Below, one piece after another: positions 40,323 through 49,904 of a DNA stretch of 64,000 bases. A program made the position numbers and the translations under genes. The DNA comes from Promethearchaeota archaeon (GTDB lineage Archaea; Asgardarchaeota; Heimdallarchaeia; Hodarchaeales; Hodarchaeaceae), in contig JBHLMN010000018.1 in NCBI GenBank assembly GCA_048938105.1, positions 64,001-128,000 of the forward strand. Reading direction: 5' to 3'. The notes under the pieces are model-generated. The model searched no databases. It had not been told where the DNA came from and saw only the letters and a list, made by a program, of their open reading frames with translations. Position 1 is the stretch's first letter. Each line of letters opens with the position of its first letter.

Positions 40323-41096
40323 CTAAAAGTTTTTTTTGTATGAGTGATTAGAGTAGAGAATTATTCCAATGAAGAATAATGATATTGATAATAAGGAGGT
40401 GAGTATTATTTGACCTATATTTAATGGATTATATCCAGCAAGATTTTCATCTATGAGAAGGTAGACAATTGAGGCCGTTGCTGAAGACACAGGATGAACT
40501 TGAGCGAATAATTGAATGAAGTTTGGAAGGTCTGAAAAAGGAATAGCCATCCCACCAAGAAAAAATATAACCAGCGTCAAAGCAACTCCCATATGGGTTG
40601 CCACAGATTCATTCTTAACGAAAGAGGCAATAATTAAACCAGTACCTACTCCAGCCAGCCCTATAAGTAGTAGAAATCCTAAACTCATCATTAATTCGGT
40701 TATTTCGAACTCGAATTTAGCTCCGTAAATTAAGCCACATATTACTATAAAAACCATAGATATAAATGAGAAAATCCATACAGCCAATATTCTCCCAGAA
40801 CATTCTTTCCATAATACGACTGGCATTGACAAAATTTTACTATATAATCCCCTTTCTCTATCAGCTGCTATAAAACCAGCCAGATTTGCTTGAGTGGCAC
40901 TCAGTATCAATAAAGTAATCATTGTAACAGTTACAAACCCTTTTAATTGAGGCATAAATAAGTCAGGAATATCAATTATTGTAATAGGTATCAATAATAA
41001 GAAAAATAATGGTACACCTAAAGTAGAGACTATTATCATCCGATTTCTTGTATATTCTTTAAGAGTTCTATTCATGCTTACTAATATTGAGTTCAT
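40323..41096 (-). CDS. ABC-2 type exporter permease
   Basis: About 6 TM; DRERG..., FFLGG..IPFSDLP; directly downstream of the ATPase. Confidence 0.88.
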   Translation of the reverse strand: MNSILVSMNRTLKEYTRNRMIIVSTLGVPLFFLLLIPITIIDIPDLFMPQLKGFVTVTMITLLILSATQANLAGFIAADRERGLYSKILSMPVVLWKECSGRILAVWIFSFISMVFIVICGLIYGAKFEFEITELMMSLGFLLLIGLAGVGTGLIIASFVKNESVATHMGVALTLVIFFLGGMAIPFSDLPNFIQLFAQVHPVSSATASIVYLLIDENLAGYNPLNIGQIILTSLLSISLFFIGIILYSNHSYKKNF

Positions 41097-41103
41097 CTTG
41101 GTA

Positions 41104-42036
41104 TCACCTCAGTTTCTTTTCTGTGAGCTTGAAAAATACGTCTTCTAAAGAAGGAACTGTTGTCTCAATACGCGTAGTCTTACACCCAATATGCCCCAGA
41201 TTTCTAATCATAACCTCTATGATTTCTTCGGGTTCTTTACAATAAAACTTGTACCCTTTATTTGTTTCTACTAACTTACCGTTATTAATAGTGTTTTCAA
41301 GGGTCTTATAAACTAATTCATTCTTTGTTGATGTTTCTAGGCTTATGATATGGAATAATCCAGTTTTCTTTCGTAAAATCTCTGGCTTTTCTTCGATTAT
41401 CAATAGACCTTTATCGATAAGTCCTGCTTTGGATGCTATTTCTGCATCTTCTCCTATATGGGTGACAAAAAAAACGGTTACTCCTTCGTTTCTAATCTCT
41501 TGTATTTTTAATAGAAATTTCTTTCGAGTAGAAGGATCGAGGCCTGTTGTTGGTTCATCTAAGATCAAAAGTCTGACCCCAGGTAGGAGGGCAGTTGCTA
41601 CTTCTAGTTTTTTTCTCATGCCGCCGCTATATTGAGAAACTCTCTTATTAGCGTCTCTAGTCAAATCCATTCTCTGTAATAATTCTTTACTTATCTTCTG
41701 AGCTTCTTGTTTAGACACTCCCTGAAGTCTAATAAAATAGAGTAAATTCTCTTCCCCAGTCATCAGTGGACTGGAGAATTTTTCTTGCGGAACATAACCG
41801 ATGACTTCTTTGACTTTTTTTGTATCCTTAAGGCTATCTAATCCAAAAACTTCCACAACACCGCTTGTAGCTTCATTGGTGCAAGCAATAATAGATGTCA
41901 ATGTCGTTTTTCCAGACCCATTTGGTCCCATGAGGGCATACATTTCCCCTTGATCAACATTTAATGATACTCCTTTCAGAACTTCTGTATCACCGTAACT
42001 TTTATGTAAATCACATATTCTTAATGCTTTCATCAT
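41104..42036 (-). CDS. ABC exporter ATP-binding subunit (DrrA/CcmA-like)
   Basis: GPNGSGKTT, YSGGM, LLILDEPTTGLDP, VTH, SLEDVF. Confidence 0.93.
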   Translation of the reverse strand: MMKALRICDLHKSYGDTEVLKGVSLNVDQGEMYALMGPNGSGKTTLTSIIACTNEATSGVVEVFGLDSLKDTKKVKEVIGYVPQEKFSSPLMTGEENLLYFIRLQGVSKQEAQKISKELLQRMDLTRDANKRVSQYSGGMRKKLEVATALLPGVRLLILDEPTTGLDPSTRKKFLLKIQEIRNEGVTVFFVTHIGEDAEIASKAGLIDKGLLIIEEKPEILRKKTGLFHIISLETSTKNELVYKTLENTINNGKLVETNKGYKFYCKEPEEIIEVMIRNLGHIGCKTTRIETTVPSLEDVFFKLTEKKLR

Positions 42037-42095
42037 TTTTACATTTCCTATAATTCTGGATAGAAAAATGAAGCAATTAATATAAAATAGTAGTA

Positions 42096-42132
42096 ATTTC
42101 TGCGTTACAGAAATAAGTTCTGTGATACAGAA
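42096..42132. promoter_or_regulatory. tandem palindromic operator TTCTG-N5-CAGAA x2 in divergent promoter
   Basis: ATTTCTGcgttaCAGAAAT (42096-42114) and TTCTGtgataCAGAA (42118-42132), 20-nt period. Confidence 0.65.
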
Positions 42133-42171
42133 AAAGCTAAACGCTTAAATGATAAAGAAAGAACTATTGAA

Positions 42172-42825
42172 TTGTGGTTATTCATGGAAGAGATTCAAAA
42201 GGTTAATGAGGCACTTCTCATCATTGAAAGGTATTCAAATTATCTAGCACGGAAAGCATGGGGTAAAACACTGATTATATGGGGAATTGTGACACCAATA
42301 GGATTAGTATTATATTTCAATCGTCAAGCATTATCTGTTCTTCTTGAAATTAGTGTCGATTCATTTACACTATTAACTTCAGCTTTACTAATCCTGATTG
42401 CAATAGGATTTACTATTTATAACTTCATTTCAGCATCAAGAATACTAAAAACTAGAGAAGGTCAGACTGCTGAATCCCCAAAAGAAAGTAGTCTACACGG
42501 AATATTAATTGCATTTATATGGTTCCTATCATTCCTTCTTGCTAGTTTTATCCCAGAACCGTTATCAGTGATCTCAATAGTCTGGGCTGCTGGATTTGCT
42601 ATCCTCATTTCATTTTTAATTCTAAAGAAATATCATGATACCTTCCCCGAGCTTATTATAGTGGGAGTATTATTATTAATTTCTTCAATACCCTTAGCAG
42701 CACTGGTACTGACTGACGTTGAGCTAGCAAGAATAGCAACCGTGATCATATACTCCGTTAGTTTTCTAATCGGTGGTTTTTATTCGTTTACAATTGCAAC
42801 GGACATCCTTAGTGGGAATGAATAA
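42172..42825 (+). CDS. 6-TM membrane protein co-transcribed with winged-helix regulator
   Basis: Hydrophobic helices; stop overlaps the next start (TAATG); likely start MEEIQ. Confidence 0.7.
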   Translation: MWLFMEEIQKVNEALLIIERYSNYLARKAWGKTLIIWGIVTPIGLVLYFNRQALSVLLEISVDSFTLLTSALLILIAIGFTIYNFISASRILKTREGQTAESPKESSLHGILIAFIWFLSFLLASFIPEPLSVISIVWAAGFAILISFLILKKYHDTFPELIIVGVLLLISSIPLAALVLTDVELARIATVIIYSVSFLIGGFYSFTIATDILSGNE

Positions 42826-43157
42826 TGACTGATGACAAGGGGATGGCAAGTAAAGTCATCCAGTCTTCGCAGATCATTCTTAAGAAAGAGGTCTTTTCTG
42901 ATCAACCTCGTTTCACAATTATGTTTTTAATATACCTTAACAAGACAGTTGGATTTACTGAACTCCAACGGCTGTTAAAGCTCACCCCTGGTAATTTAGA
43001 TCATCATATCAAAAAGCTAGCAAGAGTAGGTTATGTCATCATGCGAAAGAAATTTTCATGGCGGCCACTAAATGTTGTCACGATAACTCCTAAAGGGGCG
43101 GAAGCTTTCAGGGAATATACTTCCAATCTGAAGCAGATGCTGAAAAAAATAGAGTGA
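42825..43157 (+). CDS. winged-helix transcriptional regulator (ArsR/MarR-like, HTH_34-type)
   Basis: RFTIMFLIY...FTELQRLLKLTPGNLDHHIKKL..GYV...ITPKGAEAF. Confidence 0.87.
   Translation: MTDDKGMASKVIQSSQIILKKEVFSDQPRFTIMFLIYLNKTVGFTELQRLLKLTPGNLDHHIKKLARVGYVIMRKKFSWRPLNVVTITPKGAEAFREYTSNLKQMLKKIE
42856..42921 (+). repeat. 66-bp direct repeat, copy 1 (within regulator gene)
   Basis: tcatccagtcttcgcagatcattcttaagaaagaggtcttttctgatcaacctcgtttcacaatta; 1 mismatch to 46149..46214. Confidence 0.92.
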
Positions 43158-43403
43158 ACTGAAATACAAGGGGTTTATTGGAAAAAGACAAAATACCTTA
43201 CCAAAAATTATCCATCTTCCTCTCTTTTCTTCTGTTTAGAGAATGTTTGAATAGATTAAATTTGTGAATAACTCGTTCGCTTTTTCTTTTGTTCAGAAAG
43301 TAGGTTTAATAAGAATTATCTCAATAGGAATTCTAATGAATAAATGAATTTCTTTGATTTTCAATCTTTGCTTGTAATTACACGAATAGCTTCAATATAA
43401 AGG

Positions 43404-43411
43404 TTTAAATA
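43404..43411 (+). promoter_or_regulatory. putative BRE/TATA box for the beta-helix surface protein
   Basis: AAAGG followed by TTTAAATA, ~50 nt upstream of ATG 43460. Confidence 0.35.
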
Positions 43412-43459
43412 TTGTAAGTAGTCTACCAAAAAAATATTGCCATAGATGACCGAATTGCG

Positions 43460-46051
43460 ATGGTGGAAGATTTGAAAAAGATAAAATTGACTAATCTAAG
43501 TTTTTTAATCTGTATATTCATGTTTACCACAGTAGGTATTCTATTTCTCCAATTAAACAGCAATCTGACGTTCTTAGGGAACAAAGCTAAGGCCTCAGTG
43601 CTGAGAGTTCAAGACACACCAATAAGTCTTGATGGAAATACTGCATTTAAAGGTATTTTCCCAGGATCGGGTACCTCTACTGATCCTTACCGCATAGAAA
43701 ACAGAGACTTTGAGGATCTTACGCATACTCAGGTTGTAATCAGTATATCAAATTCAGATGTCTATTTTGTCATAAATAACTCAGTAATTCATGGAGGATA
43801 CACAGGGATTTTGCTTCATAATGTTACAAATGGAGTCATTTTTAATAACACGATTTATAATAATAGTGACCAAGGAATAGATATCGAAGAGAATTCAGAA
43901 TTTTGTACCTTAGAAAAGAATCGCATTTATAACAATACACATCATGGCTGTAGAATTCTAGATTCCTCAAATATTGCTCTGATCAATAATACCATCTATG
44001 AAAACGAAGACCATGGTGTGTATATCACTCGATCAGTCAATGTGACTAGTACGTACAATAATATCACTGCAAATGTTGAGAATGGTTTTGAAATTACCGC
44101 CACAAACCAAAGCAAAATCTGGTATAATGAGATTATTAACAATGGAGACGATGGGATTTTCCTTGAATCTTTCAATGACAGTGAAATTGTCAACAATTCG
44201 ATTATCAATAATGGAGAATTAATATCCCTCCCTAGTGATTTTGATAACGGAATTTCTTTAAGTCAATCATATAACTGTATAATTGAAAACAACTCCATCA
44301 TTAAAAGTGGTGGTCCTGGAATTCAGATTAGCTACTCGGATAACATTGTTGTAACTTATAATAAAATCAATGATAGTGATGTAAGAGCTATTTGGGGAGA
44401 TTGGTCTAACAATTCAGTTATTTCTTCTAATAATTTGTTTAATAACACTTATGATGGAATAGCTTTTTCTGGGGACAATAACATATTCTCTTATAATATT
44501 GTAGATGAAAATAATGGTTCAGCGTTGACAGTCACAGGAGATAACTGTACTTCTAAAGAAAACATCATTAGAAATAGTGTTGATGGCAATTTTGGGATTT
44601 ATCTTGTAGGAAATAACAATACAATAATAAATAATAAGATCTATAATAATACATATTCTGGTATAGTTCTAAACGAAGCTACAAACACAAAAGTAATATC
44701 TAATGAGGCTTATAATAACTCTGGTGCGGGCCTTACTTATATAGGCCAGGGGTTGTATACTCCCTATGATGGTACTCTTCAGAACAATACAATTCAAGGA
44801 AATTCTTTCTATGACAGTTATTATTCGGGAATGATAGTATGGGCATCTGTAAACAGTACCTTCACAGAAAATACTATCTATAATAACAGTGAGTACGGTA
44901 TTGTTGTTGATCCATATATAGGTATTCCTTTATCAGGTCCTTCAGTGTTGAACACTATTTCTAATAACATCATTTACAATAATACTGATTATGGTCTTTA
45001 TTTCAAAGCTTCTACAGAGAATAATATTGTTAAAAATAACGATTTTCTAGATAATTATCCAAGTGGCTCTCAAGTGTATGATAATGGAACGGGGAATATT
45101 TTTGATTACAATTATTACAATGATTGGACAACTCCAGATAGCGAACCACCTGAGGGTATTGTGGATATACCCTATGATATTGATGGTGAAACAGATAATC
45201 AGGATTCCCATCCTCTTACAACTCCTAACCCATATCACGTATTGACAAATCCAACCGTTATTTATCCCAATGGTGGAGAAACGGTTAATGGGGTGGTAAC
45301 AGAATATGGTTTAATTGTTGATATCCATTGGACTCCTGTAGTGGATTCTTTAGGACATGATGTGACCTATGCACTCTCCTATTCCCCAGATGGAGGAATA
45401 AAATGGATTGAAATTGAAAAAGACATAACAGGAGATGTATGGGGTTGGAATATTAACGATTTAGCAGATGGATCAAATTACTTAGTGAAAGTGATTGCCA
45501 ACTGTTCTGAGGGCTTGTGGATGGCTGACACCTCTGATACCACTTTTACAGTTAAATTACATACTCTTTCAGAACCGACCGTCATATACCCCAATGGTGG
45601 GGAAACTGTTAGTGGTACCGTGACAGTTCAATGGACTGAAGCCACTGATTCTCTTGGCCATGAAGTCAAGTACTGGCTCTATATCTCTGATGATAGCGGA
45701 ACTACTTGGGATCTATATGCAGGAAATCAACCTAGTACAAGTTATGCCTGGGACACAACCCTCCCTAAATACAGTGACGGCGCAAATTATCTGATCAAGG
45801 TTGTGGCAAACTGTTCAGAAGGATTAGAAACACAGGATATATCTGATACTACTTTTACTATTCAGAACGACATTACTACTACAACGACAGAAGCCACCAC
45901 TACTACAACTACTGAACCAACCTCTGAAACATCTGAGTCCACGGCTAAATCAGATGACTTAACACCCACACCAGGTTGGATTCACACTATTCTCTTTTTA
46001 GCAGTACTTGTAGCAGTTTTTACCCCAAGAAGAAGACGAAGGCCAAAATAA
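43460..46051 (+). CDS. right-handed parallel beta-helix (NosD/pectin-lyase-like) surface protein with two Ig-like domains and PGW-type anchor
   Basis: GSGTSTDPYRIEN; many N.I.NN..GI repeats; PTVIYPNGGETV...YL.KV.ANCSEGL twice; Thr-rich linker; TPGW + TM + RRRR. Confidence 0.87.
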   Translation: MVEDLKKIKLTNLSFLICIFMFTTVGILFLQLNSNLTFLGNKAKASVLRVQDTPISLDGNTAFKGIFPGSGTSTDPYRIENRDFEDLTHTQVVISISNSDVYFVINNSVIHGGYTGILLHNVTNGVIFNNTIYNNSDQGIDIEENSEFCTLEKNRIYNNTHHGCRILDSSNIALINNTIYENEDHGVYITRSVNVTSTYNNITANVENGFEITATNQSKIWYNEIINNGDDGIFLESFNDSEIVNNSIINNGELISLPSDFDNGISLSQSYNCIIENNSIIKSGGPGIQISYSDNIVVTYNKINDSDVRAIWGDWSNNSVISSNNLFNNTYDGIAFSGDNNIFSYNIVDENNGSALTVTGDNCTSKENIIRNSVDGNFGIYLVGNNNTIINNKIYNNTYSGIVLNEATNTKVISNEAYNNSGAGLTYIGQGLYTPYDGTLQNNTIQGNSFYDSYYSGMIVWASVNSTFTENTIYNNSEYGIVVDPYIGIPLSGPSVLNTISNNIIYNNTDYGLYFKASTENNIVKNNDFLDNYPSGSQVYDNGTGNIFDYNYYNDWTTPDSEPPEGIVDIPYDIDGETDNQDSHPLTTPNPYHVLTNPTVIYPNGGETVNGVVTEYGLIVDIHWTPVVDSLGHDVTYALSYSPDGGIKWIEIEKDITGDVWGWNINDLADGSNYLVKVIANCSEGLWMADTSDTTFTVKLHTLSEPTVIYPNGGETVSGTVTVQWTEATDSLGHEVKYWLYISDDSGTTWDLYAGNQPSTSYAWDTTLPKYSDGANYLIKVVANCSEGLETQDISDTTFTIQNDITTTTTEATTTTTTEPTSETSESTAKSDDLTPTPGWIHTILFLAVLVAVFTPRRRRRPK

Positions 46052-46055
46052 GCAC

Positions 46056-46087
46056 ATTTTCCTCCTTTTCTTACCTTTTTTTTTTTC
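46056..46087 (+). terminator. pyrimidine/oligo-T archaeal-type terminator
   Basis: ttttcctccttttcttaccttttttttttt immediately after stop 46051. Confidence 0.5.
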
Positions 46088-46148
46088 ATCATTTCACGAA
46101 CGCGTACCTCTTTTAAGTCGAACTTCTTCATACATACAATCAAAAACC

Positions 46149-46214
46149 TCATCCAGTCTTCGCAGATCATTCTTAAGAAGGAGGTCTTTTCTGATCAACC
46201 TCGTTTCACAATTA
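46149..46214 (+). repeat. 66-bp direct repeat, copy 2 (intergenic orphan fragment of the regulator gene)
   Basis: Identical to 42856..42921 except one A>G. Confidence 0.92.
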
Positions 46215-46477
46215 ACAAAAATCAGTCCTTTTTATTTTCGAAATATAAAATTACTTGCAAACGGGAGGCACAATTTTCTAATTAGCTAAATAAGAAATAT
46301 TGAGATTTCGAGTATATAAATAATCCTTCCCTATAATTTATATTATTTGGAGATAACATATTGTTGATTTTGATTATATAAATTATATCATTCATATCAT
46401 TTTATTTGGAAACGAAAAATAGATTGATTTTGAATATTTAAGAATCTAATCCAGATACTTGATGGAAGTGTTACTAT

Positions 46478-47926
46478 ATGACAATTTCATCAACGAAGAC
46501 ATTGGAGGGACAAATAGAAGCCTTTGGCAAGCTATCTGGATATCCAAGAGAATGGGTCGATAGAACCAAAAACGTACCTACGGATCTATATTCAATAGAT
46601 GGCGAGAACCTTAACGAATTACAACTGAAATGGGTCAGACGCGCGTTTGAGTACTTCCGACCGCGAGTGAAAGCGTTAGAGAAACTAGCGGAAGAACAAA
46701 ACATCAGTAGGATTGAGAGCTTGGATGACGTGGTACCAGTGTTGTTCCAACACACAGCATATAAGTCGTATCCGTTGAGTCTGATTGAGAAAAAACGGTA
46801 TGGATTGTTAACTAAATGGTTAGACAAGTTCACGACACATGACCTGTCAGGATGCTATAACATCCAAGCGAAAAGCATAGATGACTGGTTAGACCAAGTG
46901 GAAGCAAAAACGGATTTATTGGTAGTACATTCATCGGGAACCTCGGGAAAACTGTCATTCCTACCCCGAAGTCAGAGTGAGATGACGAACTACGTTAATG
47001 GGTTCTTCATGATGTTAGAACTCCAGAATGGAATAAATTTCCATGAAACGAAGATGCCATTCATAGCACCTGTCTTTCGAGGGGGTAGACAACTCGCTCA
47101 ACGGGTCTGCTCATTAATAGGGCCAATCATAGCAGGTGGCGAAGACAACTTTGTCACGGCGTATGACTTCCCCATGAGTGCAGATTTCCTCTCATTAGCT
47201 GGGAGATTGAAAGCAGCGAAAGCAAAAGGGGAACTAGGCAAACTTCAGTTGATCAAAGCGATGACGTGGAACAAGGGTGAACTGATCCGCATGAAGAAAG
47301 CGCAACCGAAAGCAATGGAAAATTTCTTCCACCGAATAACTACAGAATATGGGGGGCGACAGATCTTCTTGCTCGGGACATGGAATATGCTGGTAGAACC
47401 CGCACTGCAAGGGATCAAGAAAGGGATCAAGAACGTTTTTGCCCCAACCTCCGCAATACTTACTGGCGGGGGGATGAAAGGCGCAGTCTACCCTGAAGGG
47501 TGGTATGAAAAGACCTGTGAGTTCTGGGGATTCAAACAGATACGTGATGCATATGGGATGACAGAGACTACAGGTGGAGGTGCAGCATTGTGTGAATACA
47601 ATGGGTACCATATTCCTCCATTTCATGTCCCATTTGTCCTGAATCCAGACACAGGAGAAGCATACCCCCGAGAAGGGATACGTACAGGGCGTTTCGCATT
47701 CTATGATCTCCTCACCGAGACATATTGGGGTGGATTCATCACTGGAGATAAAGTAACGATCCATTGGGACACCTGTAAGTGTGGTTTGAAAGGACCCTGG
47801 CTAGAAAACAATATCATCCGTTATAGCGAGGAAAAAGGGGGTGATGATAAGATCAGCTGTGCTGGTGTCCATGAAGCGCACGACAATTTATTAGATTTCC
47901 TCCTTGAAGGCGATGAGGAGGTTTAG
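46478..47926 (+). CDS. LuxE-like acyl-protein synthetase (ANL adenylating enzyme)
   Basis: HSSGTSGKLS P-loop, TGGGMKG, YGMTE, GRFAFYDLL...GFITGD, C-terminal KISCAG Cys; adjacent to luxC. Confidence 0.78.
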   Translation: MTISSTKTLEGQIEAFGKLSGYPREWVDRTKNVPTDLYSIDGENLNELQLKWVRRAFEYFRPRVKALEKLAEEQNISRIESLDDVVPVLFQHTAYKSYPLSLIEKKRYGLLTKWLDKFTTHDLSGCYNIQAKSIDDWLDQVEAKTDLLVVHSSGTSGKLSFLPRSQSEMTNYVNGFFMMLELQNGINFHETKMPFIAPVFRGGRQLAQRVCSLIGPIIAGGEDNFVTAYDFPMSADFLSLAGRLKAAKAKGELGKLQLIKAMTWNKGELIRMKKAQPKAMENFFHRITTEYGGRQIFLLGTWNMLVEPALQGIKKGIKNVFAPTSAILTGGGMKGAVYPEGWYEKTCEFWGFKQIRDAYGMTETTGGGAALCEYNGYHIPPFHVPFVLNPDTGEAYPREGIRTGRFAFYDLLTETYWGGFITGDKVTIHWDTCKCGLKGPWLENNIIRYSEEKGGDDKISCAGVHEAHDNLLDFLLEGDEEV

Positions 47927-47976
47927 AGCTCATCCTTCTCACTTTTTTTCCATCTTGAATTAATGGTGACTTATTA

Positions 47977-49440
47977 ATGCAATTATTAAATGGAAAACCA
48001 AAAACTACGGTAGAACTACTAGAATATCAAGTCCCTATCATCACACGAGGAACAATTATTGATGATTATACACTCACTTTTGGAGGACGATATGGGTCAG
48101 CGAGGTTTGTGATCCCTGATCCACAAAAGTTTCTGTCAAAAATCGTGTTGAAAAATCCCTCCAGATTAAAAGATCTGTATGATTTGAGTATTGAAGAAAT
48201 CCTAGAATTCATGGATGACCTGGGACAACGAATGGTTCTCAAGGAGAATAGATTTCTTCAAGAAGCCTTTCTGCTTAATTGTGAGGCTTCGGGCTTGACA
48301 AAAAGCGTGTTGCTTACCACTTATCAGGCATTACCCATGTTTTTGTCCAAGGGGTTTCTTCGTGAGATGTTAGAGAAGCGAATAGGGATCAACTACTTAG
48401 AAAACTGGGTTCCGACTAAGTTGAATGATGGTCGAACAGTCTCGATCAGAGCATTTGGAGCTCGAACTGCACACATTATAGCAGGAAACGTGCCCCTAGT
48501 TGCTGCTGGCACCTTGGCACGAAGTTGCTGTACACGATGTGATACGATCATCAAATTGCCATCAAACGATCCACTGACAGCAATCGCATTGGCTCAAACC
48601 ATGATTGAGATGGAACCTAACCATCCCATCACAAAACACGTAACTGTACTGTATTACAAAGGAGGGGATACAGAGTTTGAAACTGCGTTCTATCAACCCG
48701 AAAATATTGATAAGATCATTGCATGGGGTGGATTCGCCTCGGTGAAACATATCACTAAGTACCTCCAACCAGGAATTGACCTAATCACCTTGGATCCGAA
48801 ACTAAGCATGTCAATTATTGGAGCGGAAGCTTTTCGCAACGAGGAAACGCTAAGGACTGCTGCACAGCGTGCTGCGTTAGATATTGGGGCGTATAATCAA
48901 GAGGCGTGTGTGAACAGTCGTGTAATCTATGTGCAATCAGGAACTAATAATGAGGGAATTGCTAACCTGAACCAATTCGGGGCATACTTATACTATTCAT
49001 TAGTGAATCTCCCACAATATTTGTCAACACCTGCGAAAACCTTTAACTTAAACCTGAAAGCTGAAATAGATGGACTTAGGATAGATGAGGACTTCTACAG
49101 AGTAATAGGTGGAGAACATAACGAAGGAGCAGTGATTGTGAGTCAGATTGATGAACCAGTGGACTTTTCTCAGAAACTGTGTGGGCGTGTGGTGAATCTT
49201 GTCCCCATTGACGATTTGACAACTGCTGTGAAATCAGTGAACGCCTATACACAAACTGTAGGCATTTACCCCGAATATTTAAAACAACAAATCCGTGATG
49301 ACTTAATCCGTCACGGAGTTCAACGTATAGTGTCGTTGGGGTATGCTGCAGCAGCAAGTTTTGCTACTCCACAGGATTCGATCGAACCATTAAGGCGTAT
49401 GTGCAAGTGGGTAATGGATGAGCAATCTGTGCCATGTTAA
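47977..49440 (+). CDS. luxC: LuxC-family acyl-CoA/acyl-protein reductase
   Basis: HIIAGNVP, IKLPSNDP, IAWGG, DPKLSMSII, YNQEACVNSR (catalytic Cys), QTVGIYP, GVQRIVSLG. Confidence 0.85.
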   Translation: MQLLNGKPKTTVELLEYQVPIITRGTIIDDYTLTFGGRYGSARFVIPDPQKFLSKIVLKNPSRLKDLYDLSIEEILEFMDDLGQRMVLKENRFLQEAFLLNCEASGLTKSVLLTTYQALPMFLSKGFLREMLEKRIGINYLENWVPTKLNDGRTVSIRAFGARTAHIIAGNVPLVAAGTLARSCCTRCDTIIKLPSNDPLTAIALAQTMIEMEPNHPITKHVTVLYYKGGDTEFETAFYQPENIDKIIAWGGFASVKHITKYLQPGIDLITLDPKLSMSIIGAEAFRNEETLRTAAQRAALDIGAYNQEACVNSRVIYVQSGTNNEGIANLNQFGAYLYYSLVNLPQYLSTPAKTFNLNLKAEIDGLRIDEDFYRVIGGEHNEGAVIVSQIDEPVDFSQKLCGRVVNLVPIDDLTTAVKSVNAYTQTVGIYPEYLKQQIRDDLIRHGVQRIVSLGYAAAASFATPQDSIEPLRRMCKWVMDEQSVPC

Positions 49441-49469
49441 ACCCTCTCTGAGTTTAAGGAGGACAACGC

Positions 49470-49754
49470 ATGGCCAAAACAACCCCACAACGTGAATGTC
49501 AAAACCAAGTAGTCGATAAAAAAAATGCTTCGTTATTTTTCTGTCTTGTAATTAAAGAATTTCTCTTTGACTGTCCCATTAGATGTCCGTACTTTATACA
49601 AGGTACCCCAATCTCGATGGAACACATCTATAAAAACAGCTATGAATTTGAATGTCCCCATTTACACCTAGTAGCTAAAATTACTTCGCAGGATGAACAG
49701 TGGTTTGTGTGTGGGAAAACAGGAAAGGAGCCAAATTCGAAAAATTGTTTATAG
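49470..49754 (+). CDS. small Cys-rich protein (paralog of 36848..37147)
   Basis: GGAGG SD; FCL..KEF...CP..CPYFIQG...SYEFECPH...WFVC....EP.SKNC. Confidence 0.72.
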   Translation: MAKTTPQRECQNQVVDKKNASLFFCLVIKEFLFDCPIRCPYFIQGTPISMEHIYKNSYEFECPHLHLVAKITSQDEQWFVCGKTGKEPNSKNCL

Positions 49755-49904
49755 TTGTTAAAATATTTTGCTTCGAAAAAAAGTCATTGGTGTAATTTTT
49801 GGAACTAGAACATAAAAAAGAAGCTGATATTAGATGAGTCTCTGCAAAAGCAATTAATCACAAGAATATCAGATTCTGAAAACAACTACAAGAGTTGTTT
49901 AGAG

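Noticed and set aside
46478-49440. Bioluminescence (lux) operon
   Set aside because: Only luxE-like and luxC are present; no luxA/luxB luciferase, luxD or luxG in the window. LuxC/E homologs occur widely in non-luminous organisms.
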